Shown here: one piece after another, positions 27,629 to 36,092 of the stretch
Layout: every line of letters begins with the position of its first letter
How positions within the stretch are numbered: position 1 is the stretch's first letter
Assembly: GCA_021827785.1 (NCBI GenBank)
Contig: JAKAUF010000360.1
Coordinates: 1-38,741 of the forward strand
Reading direction: 5' to 3'
Source: Acidobacteriota bacterium
GTDB taxonomy: Bacteria > Acidobacteriota > Terriglobia > Terriglobales > SCQP01
Length of the DNA stretch: 38,741 bases
The notes under the pieces: generated by a model
The model's database searches: none
Told to the model about the DNA's origin: nothing
Seen by the model: the letters and a program-made list of their open reading frames with translations, nothing else
Made by a program: the position numbers and the translations under genes

Positions 27629-29161
27629 ATGGCTTACTCCGACCTGCGGGAGTTCATCGCCGCCCTGGAAGCGGCGGGCGAGCTGCGGCGCATAACCGCC
27701 GCGGTGGATCCGGTGCTGGAAATCGCCGAGGTCGCCGACCGCGTCAGCAAGCGCGTGGGCCCGGCGCTGCTGTTTGAAAATCCCACCGGCTATTCGCGCC
27801 GTCCCTTGCTGATCAATCAATTCGGTTCGCCCCGCCGCATGGCCCTGGCCTTGGGCGTGGATTCGGTGGACGACATCGCCGCCCGCATCCGCAAATTCCT
27901 GGACCTGAAACCGGCGCCCGGGCTGTTGGACAAGCTGAAAATGCTCCCGCTGCTGGCCGAAGCCGGGGCGTTCTTTCCCCGCACCGTCCGCACCGGCGCC
28001 TGCCAGGAGGTGGTGAAGCGGGACAATTTCTCCGTTTTGGATTTCCCCATTCTCCAGTGCTGGCCGGAGGACGGCGGCCGCTACATCACCTTGCCCTGCG
28101 TTTTTACCCGCGATCCCCGCACCGGCCGGCGCAATGCCGGCATGTACCGCCTCCAGGTCTTCGACGGCCAAACCCTCGGCATGCACTGGCAGATCCACAA
28201 GCATGGCGCCGAACACATGCGCGAGCACATCCGCGCCGCCTCCGGCGCGGAGGCCGAAGATTTCCTGGGCCGCGCCCATGCGCTGCCCACGGTCGCCCGC
28301 CCCGATGCCGCCGCCCCGCCCCGCGGCCGCATCGAGGTGGCGGTGGCCATCGGCGCCGATCCCGCCACCACCTTCAGCGCTATCTGCCCGGCGCCGCCGG
28401 GCGTGGATGAAATGATGCTGGCCGGCTTTCTGCGGCAAAAGGCCGTGGACATGGTGCGCTGCCAGACCGTGGATCTGGAAGTCCCAGCGAGCGCGGAGAT
28501 CGTGTTGGAAGGCTACGTGGATTTGGCCGAGCGCCGCCGCGAAGGCCCCTTCGGCGATCACACCGGCTTTTATTCGCTCGCCGACGATTATCCGGTCCTG
28601 CACCTGACTTGCCTCACTCACCGCCGCGATCCCATCTACGCCACCACCATCGTCGGCGCGCCCCCCATGGAGGACGGCTACATGGGCCAGGCGGTAGGGC
28701 GAATCTTTTTGCCCCTGATGCAAATGCAGTTTCCCGAAATCGTGGACGTGCATTGGCCGTTGGAAGGCGTTTTCCACAACCTCCTGCTGGTCTCCATCCG
28801 CAAGTCCTACCCCGGCCATGCGCGCAAAATCATGAACGGGATTTGGGGCCTGGGCCAGGCCATGTTCACCAAATGCATCGTCGTGGTGGACGAAACCGTG
28901 GATGTGCGGGATCCGGCGCATGTGGCGTTGCATGCCTTCAACAACGTGGATCCCGAGCGTGACATCCAGTTCACGCTGGGTCCCGTGGACGCACTCGATC
29001 ATGCCTCCCGCCTGCCCAACTTCGGTTCCAAGATGGGCGTGGATGCCACCCGAAAATGGCCCAGCGAAGGCTTCCAGCGGCCCTGGCCAAAGTTCATTCG
29101 CATGGACGCGCAAACTCGCCGCCGCGTGGATGCGCTTTGGTCCAGCCTGGGGCTGGACTGA
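27629..29161 (+). CDS. ubiD: UbiD-family (prenyl-FMN-dependent) decarboxylase
   Basis: DLREFIAALEAAGELRRI, NAGMYRLQV, GMHWQIHKHGAEH, AIGADPATTFSAI, EGPFGDHTGFYS. I cannot tell whether it serves ubiquinone or menaquinone biosynthesis. Confidence 0.85.
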   Translation: MAYSDLREFIAALEAAGELRRITAAVDPVLEIAEVADRVSKRVGPALLFENPTGYSRRPLLINQFGSPRRMALALGVDSVDDIAARIRKFLDLKPAPGLLDKLKMLPLLAEAGAFFPRTVRTGACQEVVKRDNFSVLDFPILQCWPEDGGRYITLPCVFTRDPRTGRRNAGMYRLQVFDGQTLGMHWQIHKHGAEHMREHIRAASGAEAEDFLGRAHALPTVARPDAAAPPRGRIEVAVAIGADPATTFSAICPAPPGVDEMMLAGFLRQKAVDMVRCQTVDLEVPASAEIVLEGYVDLAERRREGPFGDHTGFYSLADDYPVLHLTCLTHRRDPIYATTIVGAPPMEDGYMGQAVGRIFLPLMQMQFPEIVDVHWPLEGVFHNLLLVSIRKSYPGHARKIMNGIWGLGQAMFTKCIVVVDETVDVRDPAHVALHAFNNVDPERDIQFTLGPVDALDHASRLPNFGSKMGVDATRKWPSEGFQRPWPKFIRMDAQTRRRVDALWSSLGLD

Positions 29162-29359
29162 AATTCGCCTGGGAGGCGGCCGGGCTGGCGCCGGACCGGC
29201 GCAGGAAGCCAATCTCGGCCGCCGGCGACTCTACCTCAACGGCGGCAACGTGGAGATACCCGAGAGCCCATCCCTAGCGCGCCTGCGTTGCCGGCCGCCA
29301 CGGCCGGGCCATCCAGATCCGAACGGCTGCGCCGCCGGCGCTGAGAGAAGGTCTCCCCG

Positions 29360-30115
29360 ATGTCCGCTCCGGAGCCGCGCATCGGTTGTTCCGGGTTTTC
29401 GTACCCCCATTGGCGGGGCGGGGTGTTCTATCCTCCGCGCTGGCCGGTGAAGCGGGAACTGGAGTTTTACGCGCAGCAGTTCGACACCGTCGAGCTGAAC
29501 AGTCCCTTCTACCGCCTGCCCAGCGCGGCGACTTTCCGCCGCTGGGCCGCGGGCACGCCGCCTGGATTCGAGTTCGCGGTCAAGGCCAGTCGCTATATCA
29601 CCCACATGCTCCATCTGCGCGGCGCCGCCCCCGCGTTACGGACGTTTCTGCAACGCGCGCGGCAGTTGGGCCCAAAGTTGGGCCCGGTGCTGTTCCAATT
29701 TCCCTCGTCCTGGGGCGTGCATCTCGACCGGCTGGAGGCGTTTTTGCCGGCTTTGCCCACGTGCTATTACTTTGCCTTCGAGTTCCGCCATGCCGCGTGG
29801 TTCACGCCGCCCGTCTACGCGGCGCTGCAACGGCGCGGCGCGGCTTTGTGCTGGGCCGTCCATCCCGATCTGCCCCCGCCGCCGCTGGTCGCCACCGCCT
29901 CCTTCGTCTATCTGCGCCTGCACGCCGGCCGCGGGCGCGATGGCGGTTTCACGCCGGCGGAACTGCGGCATTGGGCCAAGGTGCTGTCACAACAGCGCGC
30001 GGCAGGCCGCGCCGTCTACGCGTATTTCAATAACGATTCGCGGGGCTGTGCCGTGCGCAACGCGCGCTCCCTGCGGCGGCTCCTGTCCAACCACCAGCAT
30101 CGGCGGCGGGCATAA
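29360..30115 (+). CDS. DUF72 (YecE-like) family protein
   Basis: IGCSGFSYPHWRGGVFYP, LEFYAQQFDTVELNSPFYRLP, FEFAVKASRYITH, YAYFNND. Confidence 0.85.
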   Translation: MSAPEPRIGCSGFSYPHWRGGVFYPPRWPVKRELEFYAQQFDTVELNSPFYRLPSAATFRRWAAGTPPGFEFAVKASRYITHMLHLRGAAPALRTFLQRARQLGPKLGPVLFQFPSSWGVHLDRLEAFLPALPTCYYFAFEFRHAAWFTPPVYAALQRRGAALCWAVHPDLPPPPLVATASFVYLRLHAGRGRDGGFTPAELRHWAKVLSQQRAAGRAVYAYFNNDSRGCAVRNARSLRRLLSNHQHRRRA

Positions 30116-30386
30116 GCTCGCTCCCGCGCGCGATCGCGAGGCTGCGCTGCAACCCCGCATCCGGCGCGGTCAATTCCGCTACAATCAACTGGCGGGAGCA
30201 ACGGCGGCGCGGTGTGTTGCAGCGTACATCTCGTGAGCGCCGGTGCGCCATTGCACCGTAACGTGGCGCCGCCGCGCGATCTGGTTTAGCGCCGTTTAAT
30301 GCCGTAGAGGCCGGCGTTTGCCGGTCGGCGCCATTTTTGCTGTAGCTTTTTCATTGGCAATACGTTCTTACGCTAGAGGGAGCTTT

Positions 30387-31643
30387 GTGTTGCGCCGTTG
30401 GACATTTTGGGGGGCGAGCCTGCTGTTGATTCTCGGGCTGGCATGGGCCGTCAGCCGGGGCGCCGTCTCGGTTCGGGCCCAAGCGCCCGCGCAGCCTTCC
30501 GGCGCCGGCACCTACATCGCCACCGCAAAGATGGGGCGGCTGGTGCGCAAGTTGCGCGTGACGGGCACTACGGAAGCGTTGCACTCGCTGACCATCCGCG
30601 TACCCCACTTCCCGGGTCCCGGCGGCGCCCTGACCCTCACCTATCTGGTCAACAGCGGCGCCAAAGTGCAAAAGGGGCAGGTTCTGGCGCGCTTCGATAG
30701 CATCGCGGAGCTGCTGGCGGAACGCAACGCCTTGGCGCAATACGAAAACCTCCAGCGCCAAGCCGAGGACAAGGTCGCCCAGAACGCCAGCGCCACCGCC
30801 ACCTTGGACTCCAATTTCCAGGCCGCCCAGGCGGCGCTAGGAACAGCGCGTTTGGAATTGCGCAAGGCGCCCGTGCTCAGCCACATCCAGGCGGAGATTG
30901 ACCAGGTCAGCGTCAATGATGCCAAAGCCCAGATCGCCAGCCTGAAAGTCTCCAATCACGACCAGGAAGTCGCCAACGCCGCGGCGCTGAAAATCTTGCA
31001 GTTGCAGGCCGACCAGCAAAAAGAAGAATGGCAACGGAACCGCGATGCGGTCAACAAGATGACCATGCGCGCGCCTTTATCCGGCATGGTCGCGCTGTTG
31101 CCCTCCTGGAACAATGGAACCTTCGCCCCGGCGCAAGTGGGCGACACGCTCTACGGCCGCCATCCGTTGCTGGAGATCTTCGATCCCACCGAGATGGAGG
31201 TGAAGGCCGAGGTCAGCGAGGCGGATGGCGCGGTGTTGACGCCCCGCATGGCCGCCAACGTGTACCTCGACGCCTATCCCCACGCCAAGTTCACTGCCCA
31301 CCTGATGACGGTGGATCCGGTGGCGACCGCGGCCATGGGCAGTCCGGTGCGGAGCTTCGCCGCTCGCTTCAAAATGGACAAGGCCGATCCGCGCATTTTG
31401 CCGGATCTCTCCGCCGCCGTGGACATCATCGTGCAAACGGGAGAGCGCCGCTTGCTGGTCCCGCGGGGCGCGGTGCATTTTCGCCAGGGCGCGGCCTACG
31501 TCATTCAGGTGCTGCCGGATGGCCGCCACCGCCAGCAGACGGTGCAGTTAGGCGAATTTGACGCCACCAACATCGTCATTGTCCACGGGCTGAAAGCAGG
31601 CGATCGGGTGCTGGTGCTGCCCCCGGGAGGTTCGGCGGCATGA
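30387..31643 (+). CDS. HlyD/membrane-fusion-protein family efflux adaptor, paralog 1
   Basis: GTG preceded by AGAGGGAG (track start 30318 is also possible). N-terminal TM anchor, lipoyl-like segment (LVNSGAKVQKGQVLARFD), long coiled-coil, MRAPLSGMV, beta-barrel and C-terminal domain (GLKAGDRVLV). Confidence 0.8.
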   Translation: MLRRWTFWGASLLLILGLAWAVSRGAVSVRAQAPAQPSGAGTYIATAKMGRLVRKLRVTGTTEALHSLTIRVPHFPGPGGALTLTYLVNSGAKVQKGQVLARFDSIAELLAERNALAQYENLQRQAEDKVAQNASATATLDSNFQAAQAALGTARLELRKAPVLSHIQAEIDQVSVNDAKAQIASLKVSNHDQEVANAAALKILQLQADQQKEEWQRNRDAVNKMTMRAPLSGMVALLPSWNNGTFAPAQVGDTLYGRHPLLEIFDPTEMEVKAEVSEADGAVLTPRMAANVYLDAYPHAKFTAHLMTVDPVATAAMGSPVRSFAARFKMDKADPRILPDLSAAVDIIVQTGERRLLVPRGAVHFRQGAAYVIQVLPDGRHRQQTVQLGEFDATNIVIVHGLKAGDRVLVLPPGGSAA

Positions 31644-32905
31644 TCTCCCCGGCGCGCAAGCGCTCCCATTGGCTGGCCATCGCCGCCGCCACGGTGGCGG
31701 TTATGGTTCTAGTGGCCGTGGCCTTGCCCCGAACGGCGCGGGCCGCCAGCCGCAAGGTTCCCACCGCCGTCACCCGCGAGGGCCGGTTTCTGGTCACGGT
31801 GACGGCGCACGGCGCCCTGGTGGCGCGCAAGTCGGTCAATTTGGCGGCTCCCCGGGTTCCCGGATTGACCATCACCTGGCTGGCGCCGCCGGGCAGCCAC
31901 GTCAAACCCGGCGACCCTATCGTCCGTTTTGACGCCAGCAGCACCCGGGCCGATTTCAAGGCCAAGCTGGCGGCGCAGGAACAAGCCGCCGCGACCGTGC
32001 GTCAAACGGAAGCCCAAGCCAAGATCACCGCCCAAACCGATCAGCTCACCGAGGCCGAAGACCGCGCCGCGGTGCAGACCGCCAAGCTGACCGTCATCAA
32101 GGATTCCATTCTGGGCCAGATCCAGGGCGACGAGGCCAAAATCGCTCTCCAGACGGCGCGAGAAAAGTTGAAGGTCCAGGAGGCGAAAACGCACCTGGAT
32201 GCCACCTCCAACGCCGCCAAAATCGCCGGCGCCAAGCGCTTGTTGGCGCAGGCCGCCTACCTGACGAATCTGGACCGAACCTATCTGTCCCACATGGTGT
32301 TGCGGACCCCCAGTGCGGGCATCGTCACGCTGATGATGAATCGCTCCGGGGGCTGGATGAATGAACAGCCATTTCAGGTCGGCGATTCCGTCTGGCCCGG
32401 CGCGGTCATCGCCCAAATCCCCGATCTGCACAGCATCGCGATGGAAGGCCAGCTGAAGGAATTGGATCGAGGCCGCGTCGCGGTCGGCCAGCCGGTGCGC
32501 ATTCATGTGGACGCCCTGCCGGAACATGCCATCCCGGGCCGGCTGATCGCGCTTTCGCAGCTTACCGAGGTGGACTTCAGCGGGGGCTGGCCGCCAAAGC
32601 GAAACTTCCACGCCTGGGGCGAACCGATCGCCTTCAATCCCACGCTGCGCCCCGGCATGAATGGCTCGCTCGATATCGTCGTCAAGGAAATCCCCAACGC
32701 CGTCAGCATTCCCGCCCAGGCGCTTTTTACGCTCAACACCCAGCCGGTCGTGTATGTGCAAAGCGGCGGGGGGTTTCAGCCGCATGTCGTCAAGGTGCTG
32801 GCGCGCAATCCCGGCTCAATCGCCGTCAGCGGAATCCCTGCCGGCGTCAGCGTTGCGTTGGTCAACCCCAATCACCACGCCGCCCGTTCCTCGGGCGGCC
32901 GCTAG
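31640..32905 (+). CDS. HlyD/membrane-fusion-protein family efflux adaptor, paralog 2
   Basis: ATGA overlap with paralog 1. TM anchor, PGSHVKPGDPIVRFD, coiled-coil, LRTPSAGIV, VGQPVRIHVDALP, IPAQALF. Confidence 0.8.
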   Translation: MISPARKRSHWLAIAAATVAVMVLVAVALPRTARAASRKVPTAVTREGRFLVTVTAHGALVARKSVNLAAPRVPGLTITWLAPPGSHVKPGDPIVRFDASSTRADFKAKLAAQEQAAATVRQTEAQAKITAQTDQLTEAEDRAAVQTAKLTVIKDSILGQIQGDEAKIALQTAREKLKVQEAKTHLDATSNAAKIAGAKRLLAQAAYLTNLDRTYLSHMVLRTPSAGIVTLMMNRSGGWMNEQPFQVGDSVWPGAVIAQIPDLHSIAMEGQLKELDRGRVAVGQPVRIHVDALPEHAIPGRLIALSQLTEVDFSGGWPPKRNFHAWGEPIAFNPTLRPGMNGSLDIVVKEIPNAVSIPAQALFTLNTQPVVYVQSGGGFQPHVVKVLARNPGSIAVSGIPAGVSVALVNPNHHAARSSGGR

Positions 32906-32918
32906 CTAGCTGACCCTG

Positions 32919-34583
32919 ATGGCCGTCCTCGCCCCCCAAACCGCCTTACCCCCGCCGGTGCACCGCCGCCGCCACTGGCTGCCGCTGGTGGTGAAGGTCG
33001 CCGTCCTGCTGGCCGTGCTGGCGGGATTGGCTTGGCTGGCGGAATGGGGCTACAACCAAATCACCAATCCCGCCGCTTCCATCATTCCCACCGCGCGGGT
33101 GCGGCGCGGCACCGTGACCATGCGGGTGTACGCCGATGGCCCGCTCCAAGGCAGCCGCACCGAGGAATTGACCGCTCCTCATGTCGCCGGCGGGCAGTTG
33201 AGCATCACGACGCTCCTGCCCCCAGGCACTTTGGTCAAGCCCGGAGAAGTCGTCGTCGCTTTCGACACCTCCCAGCAGCAATACAACCTGGAGGTGGCCA
33301 AGAATAGCCTGGCCATCGCCCAGCAGAACGTCATCGAGGCCAAGGCCAACGCCGCCGCCACCGAACAGGAAGACCGTTACGCCATCGTCGCCGCCAAGGA
33401 CAATGTCCGCAAGGCGGCATTGACCGTGCAGCAGGATCCGATCCTGGCCAAAATTGACGCCGAAACCAATGTGCTAGCGCTCGGAACCGCGAAGGCCACT
33501 CTCGCCCAGCTCGAGCACAACTTCGCCAGCCAGCAATCCACCGATCAGGCCACCATCGCGATCCAGCAAGCCGCCGTCCGCGCCGCCCGCGTGCAGGCGC
33601 AGATCGCCCGGCGCAATATCGCCGCCATGACCCTCCGGGCCAAACAGGGCGGCTACATGCAGATCATGCCCAACACCATGGAGCGGATGTTTTTCCAGGG
33701 CATGCCGCTTCCCGATTGGCAAGTGGGCGACACTCCTCATCCCGGCATGATGATCGCCGAGATCCCTGATACCCAGCATTGGCAGGTCATGGCCACCATC
33801 AATGACCTGGATGTCGGCCACCTTCGTCCCGGCCAGCCCGCTCGTATCCAGTTCGTCGGCTTGCCCGGCCGAGTCTTTCGCGGGCGCATGATGTACCTCG
33901 GCGGCATGAGCGGTCCTCCCTGGAATCGCCATGTGGACGCGGCCATTCAGCTGCGTGGGAATTCGCCGCAACTACACGCCGGCATGACCGCCAAGGTGAT
34001 CGTCACCACCGCCGTGCTGCACAACGTCCTCTGGGTGCCGGCGCAAGCCGTGTTTCATGTGCAAGGCGGCGGCGGCTTTGCCACCGCCCCCGGTCGGGGC
34101 GGCAAACCCGGCGCGCACGGCCGCTTCCATTCCCCCGCCGCTGCCGGCGGCGGGTTTCATCCCGGCGGGGGCGCCCAGGCTTTCTCCACCCAGCGCGGGG
34201 GATTCAAGCCGGGCGCGGCGGGGGCCAAGTCCTTTTTCGCCAAGCGCGGCGGATTCAAGCCGGGCGCCGCTGGAGCGGGCGGCAAGAACGCCCGGTTCCA
34301 TGGCCCCATGCATTTTGGCGCCGGCCGCCGCGGGTTGCCGTTCTCGCCGCAACCACATGCCCCCGGCAGCGACTACGTCTATCTGAAGACCAGCAATGGC
34401 TTCGTCCGCCATAACGTGACGATCCTGCGGGAAAGCGAGAGCAAGGTGGTGCTCTCCGGCTTGCATGTCGGTGACGTCATCGCGTTGGCCAACCCGGAGC
34501 AGAATGGCGGTTCCGGCGCGGGCAAAAAGAAACCGGCCAGCGCCATGCAAGCCATCAGTGGCGCGCACGGAGGCCGCCCGTGA
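32919..34583 (+). CDS. HlyD/membrane-fusion-protein family efflux adaptor, paralog 3, with Gly-rich repetitive insertion
   Basis: TM anchor, PPGTLVKPGEVVVAFD, coiled-coil, LRAKQGGYM, PGQPARIQFVGLPG, VPAQAVF. An insertion of about 100 aa with low complexity then follows, before the last domain (VVLSGLHVGDVIAL). Confidence 0.8.
   Translation: MAVLAPQTALPPPVHRRRHWLPLVVKVAVLLAVLAGLAWLAEWGYNQITNPAASIIPTARVRRGTVTMRVYADGPLQGSRTEELTAPHVAGGQLSITTLLPPGTLVKPGEVVVAFDTSQQQYNLEVAKNSLAIAQQNVIEAKANAAATEQEDRYAIVAAKDNVRKAALTVQQDPILAKIDAETNVLALGTAKATLAQLEHNFASQQSTDQATIAIQQAAVRAARVQAQIARRNIAAMTLRAKQGGYMQIMPNTMERMFFQGMPLPDWQVGDTPHPGMMIAEIPDTQHWQVMATINDLDVGHLRPGQPARIQFVGLPGRVFRGRMMYLGGMSGPPWNRHVDAAIQLRGNSPQLHAGMTAKVIVTTAVLHNVLWVPAQAVFHVQGGGGFATAPGRGGKPGAHGRFHSPAAAGGGFHPGGGAQAFSTQRGGFKPGAAGAKSFFAKRGGFKPGAAGAGGKNARFHGPMHFGAGRRGLPFSPQPHAPGSDYVYLKTSNGFVRHNVTILRESESKVVLSGLHVGDVIALANPEQNGGSGAGKKKPASAMQAISGAHGGRP
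34194..34295 (+). repeat. In-frame tandem repeat, 2 x 51 nt (17 aa: RGGFKPGAAGA...), inside adaptor paralog 3
   Basis: CGCGGGGGATTCAAGCCGGGCGC at 34194 versus CGCGGCGGATTCAAGCCGGGCGC at 34245 (1 mismatch in 23 nt). The unit tails have diverged. Confidence 0.8.
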
Positions 34584-34740
34584 GCGCGGCGATTCACCTT
34601 GCCGGCAGCGCTGGTCGCCATCGCGGGCCGGCCGCGAACGCCGAAAGCCGCGCGCTGCCCCTAGCCGCTCCCGGCCGCGGTTCCGCTTCCAGCCGGGCTG
34701 CGAGGCCGATGGCCGCCCGCCGCCAGAGAGGTTTCCGCCG

Positions 34741-36048
34741 TTGAGTTCCCTGACCGCGTTGCCGCCGCCTGCCCGTCCGCGCCGCCGTGAGCCCATCTGG
34801 CGCCGCTATCTTGCCGATTGGGTGCTGGCCGCCGCCAATCTCCGCTCGCAAAAGACCCGCACCCTGCTCACCGCCCTGGGCATGATCTTCGGCGTTGGCG
34901 CGGTCATCGGCATGCTCGCGATCGGCGCGGGCGCCAAACAGCAGTCCCTGGCGTTCATTGAGCGCCTCGGGGTGCGCAATCTGCTGATCCAGTCCATCCC
35001 CGCCACCAGCCAGCAGCAGATGCAGCAGCGCCGGCAGATATCCCCCGGCCTGACCATGCGCGACGTGCGCATTATTCAGGCGAACGTCGCCGGCATCCAA
35101 GCCCTTTCGCCCCGCCGCGACCTTACCCCCGCCGCAACCCTGCCGCAAGCCACGGGGCAAGTTCCCACGCTGTATGGTGTTCTGCCCTCCTATCAGAAAA
35201 TTCACGATCTGGTGCCGCGCGAGGGACGCTTCTTCGATGCCCTGGATAACGCCGCCAGCGCTCCCGTCTGCGTGCTCGGCGAGTCCGCCAAGGTCAGCCT
35301 GCTGGGCTACGGCCGGGCAGTCGGGAAATACATCAAGATTGACAGCACCTGGCTGCGCGTCATCGGCGTGCTCGGCCAGGAATTGTCCGCGTCCGCCGCC
35401 GGCGGCGCGGGCTCCTCCGCTCCCGGCGTGAACAATGTCGTCTACATTCCCCTGAATACCTTCGACTATCGCTTTTACGACCAAAGCATGCAGTTGAAGG
35501 ATCAGTTGGATGGCGTGGATATCCGGTTGAAGCCCGGCGTTAGCAGCGTCGAGACCGCCAAGGTCGTCAACGCCATCCTCACCTCGACCCACCATGGCGA
35601 GCACGACTATCACGTGCTGGTGCCCGCCGACCTGCTGGCGCAGGAGCAGCAAACCCAGCGCATTTTCACTTTCGTCATGGTGGCCATCGCCGGCATTTCC
35701 TTGCTGGTCGGCGGCATCGGCATCATGAACATCGTCTTGGCCACGGTGCTGGAACGGACGCGCGAGATCGGCGTCCGCCGCGCCATTGGCGCCCGCCGCG
35801 GCGATATCATGCGGCAGTTCCTGACCGAGTCGGTGCTGATTTCGCTCTCCGGCGGTATTTTGGGTATTGTTTTCGGTTATCTATTGTCCTGGACCATTGC
35901 CAAGGCGGCGGCCTGGACCACCATCGTCACTACCGGCTCCATCGTGGTGGCCTTCGGCGTTTCCGTGGCGGTCGGGGTCATTTTTGGCATTTATCCCGCT
36001 CGCAAGGCTTCACGGATTGACCCCATCGAAGCCCTGCGCTACGAATAG
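34741..36048 (+). CDS. MacB/FtsX-type ABC transporter permease (no fused ATPase domain)
   Basis: LAAANLRSQKTRTLLTALGMIFGVGAVIGM (TM1), a periplasmic domain of about 220 aa, then FtsX core IAGISLLVGGIGIMNIVLATVLERTREIGVRRAIGARRGDIMRQFLTESVLISL...YPARKASRIDPIEALRYE. Start is uncertain (TTG 34741, TTG 34759 or GTG 34822). The track's 5' extension from 34465 overlaps the previous gene. Confidence 0.85.
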   Translation: MSSLTALPPPARPRRREPIWRRYLADWVLAAANLRSQKTRTLLTALGMIFGVGAVIGMLAIGAGAKQQSLAFIERLGVRNLLIQSIPATSQQQMQQRRQISPGLTMRDVRIIQANVAGIQALSPRRDLTPAATLPQATGQVPTLYGVLPSYQKIHDLVPREGRFFDALDNAASAPVCVLGESAKVSLLGYGRAVGKYIKIDSTWLRVIGVLGQELSASAAGGAGSSAPGVNNVVYIPLNTFDYRFYDQSMQLKDQLDGVDIRLKPGVSSVETAKVVNAILTSTHHGEHDYHVLVPADLLAQEQQTQRIFTFVMVAIAGISLLVGGIGIMNIVLATVLERTREIGVRRAIGARRGDIMRQFLTESVLISLSGGILGIVFGYLLSWTIAKAAAWTTIVTTGSIVVAFGVSVAVGVIFGIYPARKASRIDPIEALRYE

Positions 36049-36092
36049 CTGTTCGGCCGGCCGCCCGCGGCGGCCCAGAGTCTTTTCTCGAT

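Noticed and set aside
28200-28340. An insertion of about 25 aa (AASGAEAEDFLGRAHALPTVARPDAAAPPRGR) in the UbiD-family protein relative to my memory of E. coli UbiD, and the absence of an adjacent ubiX.
   Set aside because: Loop-length variation is common in UbiD-family enzymes, and ubiX is often unlinked. I cannot verify the alignment without tools, so this is not reported as a finding.
30116-30386. Short inverted repeats (CGGTGC-N6-GCACCG, GCAAC-N13-GTTGC) and a GCCGGC-GTTT-GCCGGT hairpin upstream of the efflux operon. These could be operator or terminator candidates.
   Set aside because: Arms of 5-6 bp arise easily by chance in GC-rich DNA. No regulator gene is adjacent and the T-run is displaced from the hairpin. 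This is too weak to call.
34465-34740. 5' extension of the permease ORF, which would add about 90 Arg/Pro-rich residues and overlap the third adaptor gene by about 120 nt.
   Set aside because: MacB/FtsX permeases start about 10-25 residues before TM1. The extension has no motif, certainly no ATPase Walker motifs, and overlaps a well-supported CDS.
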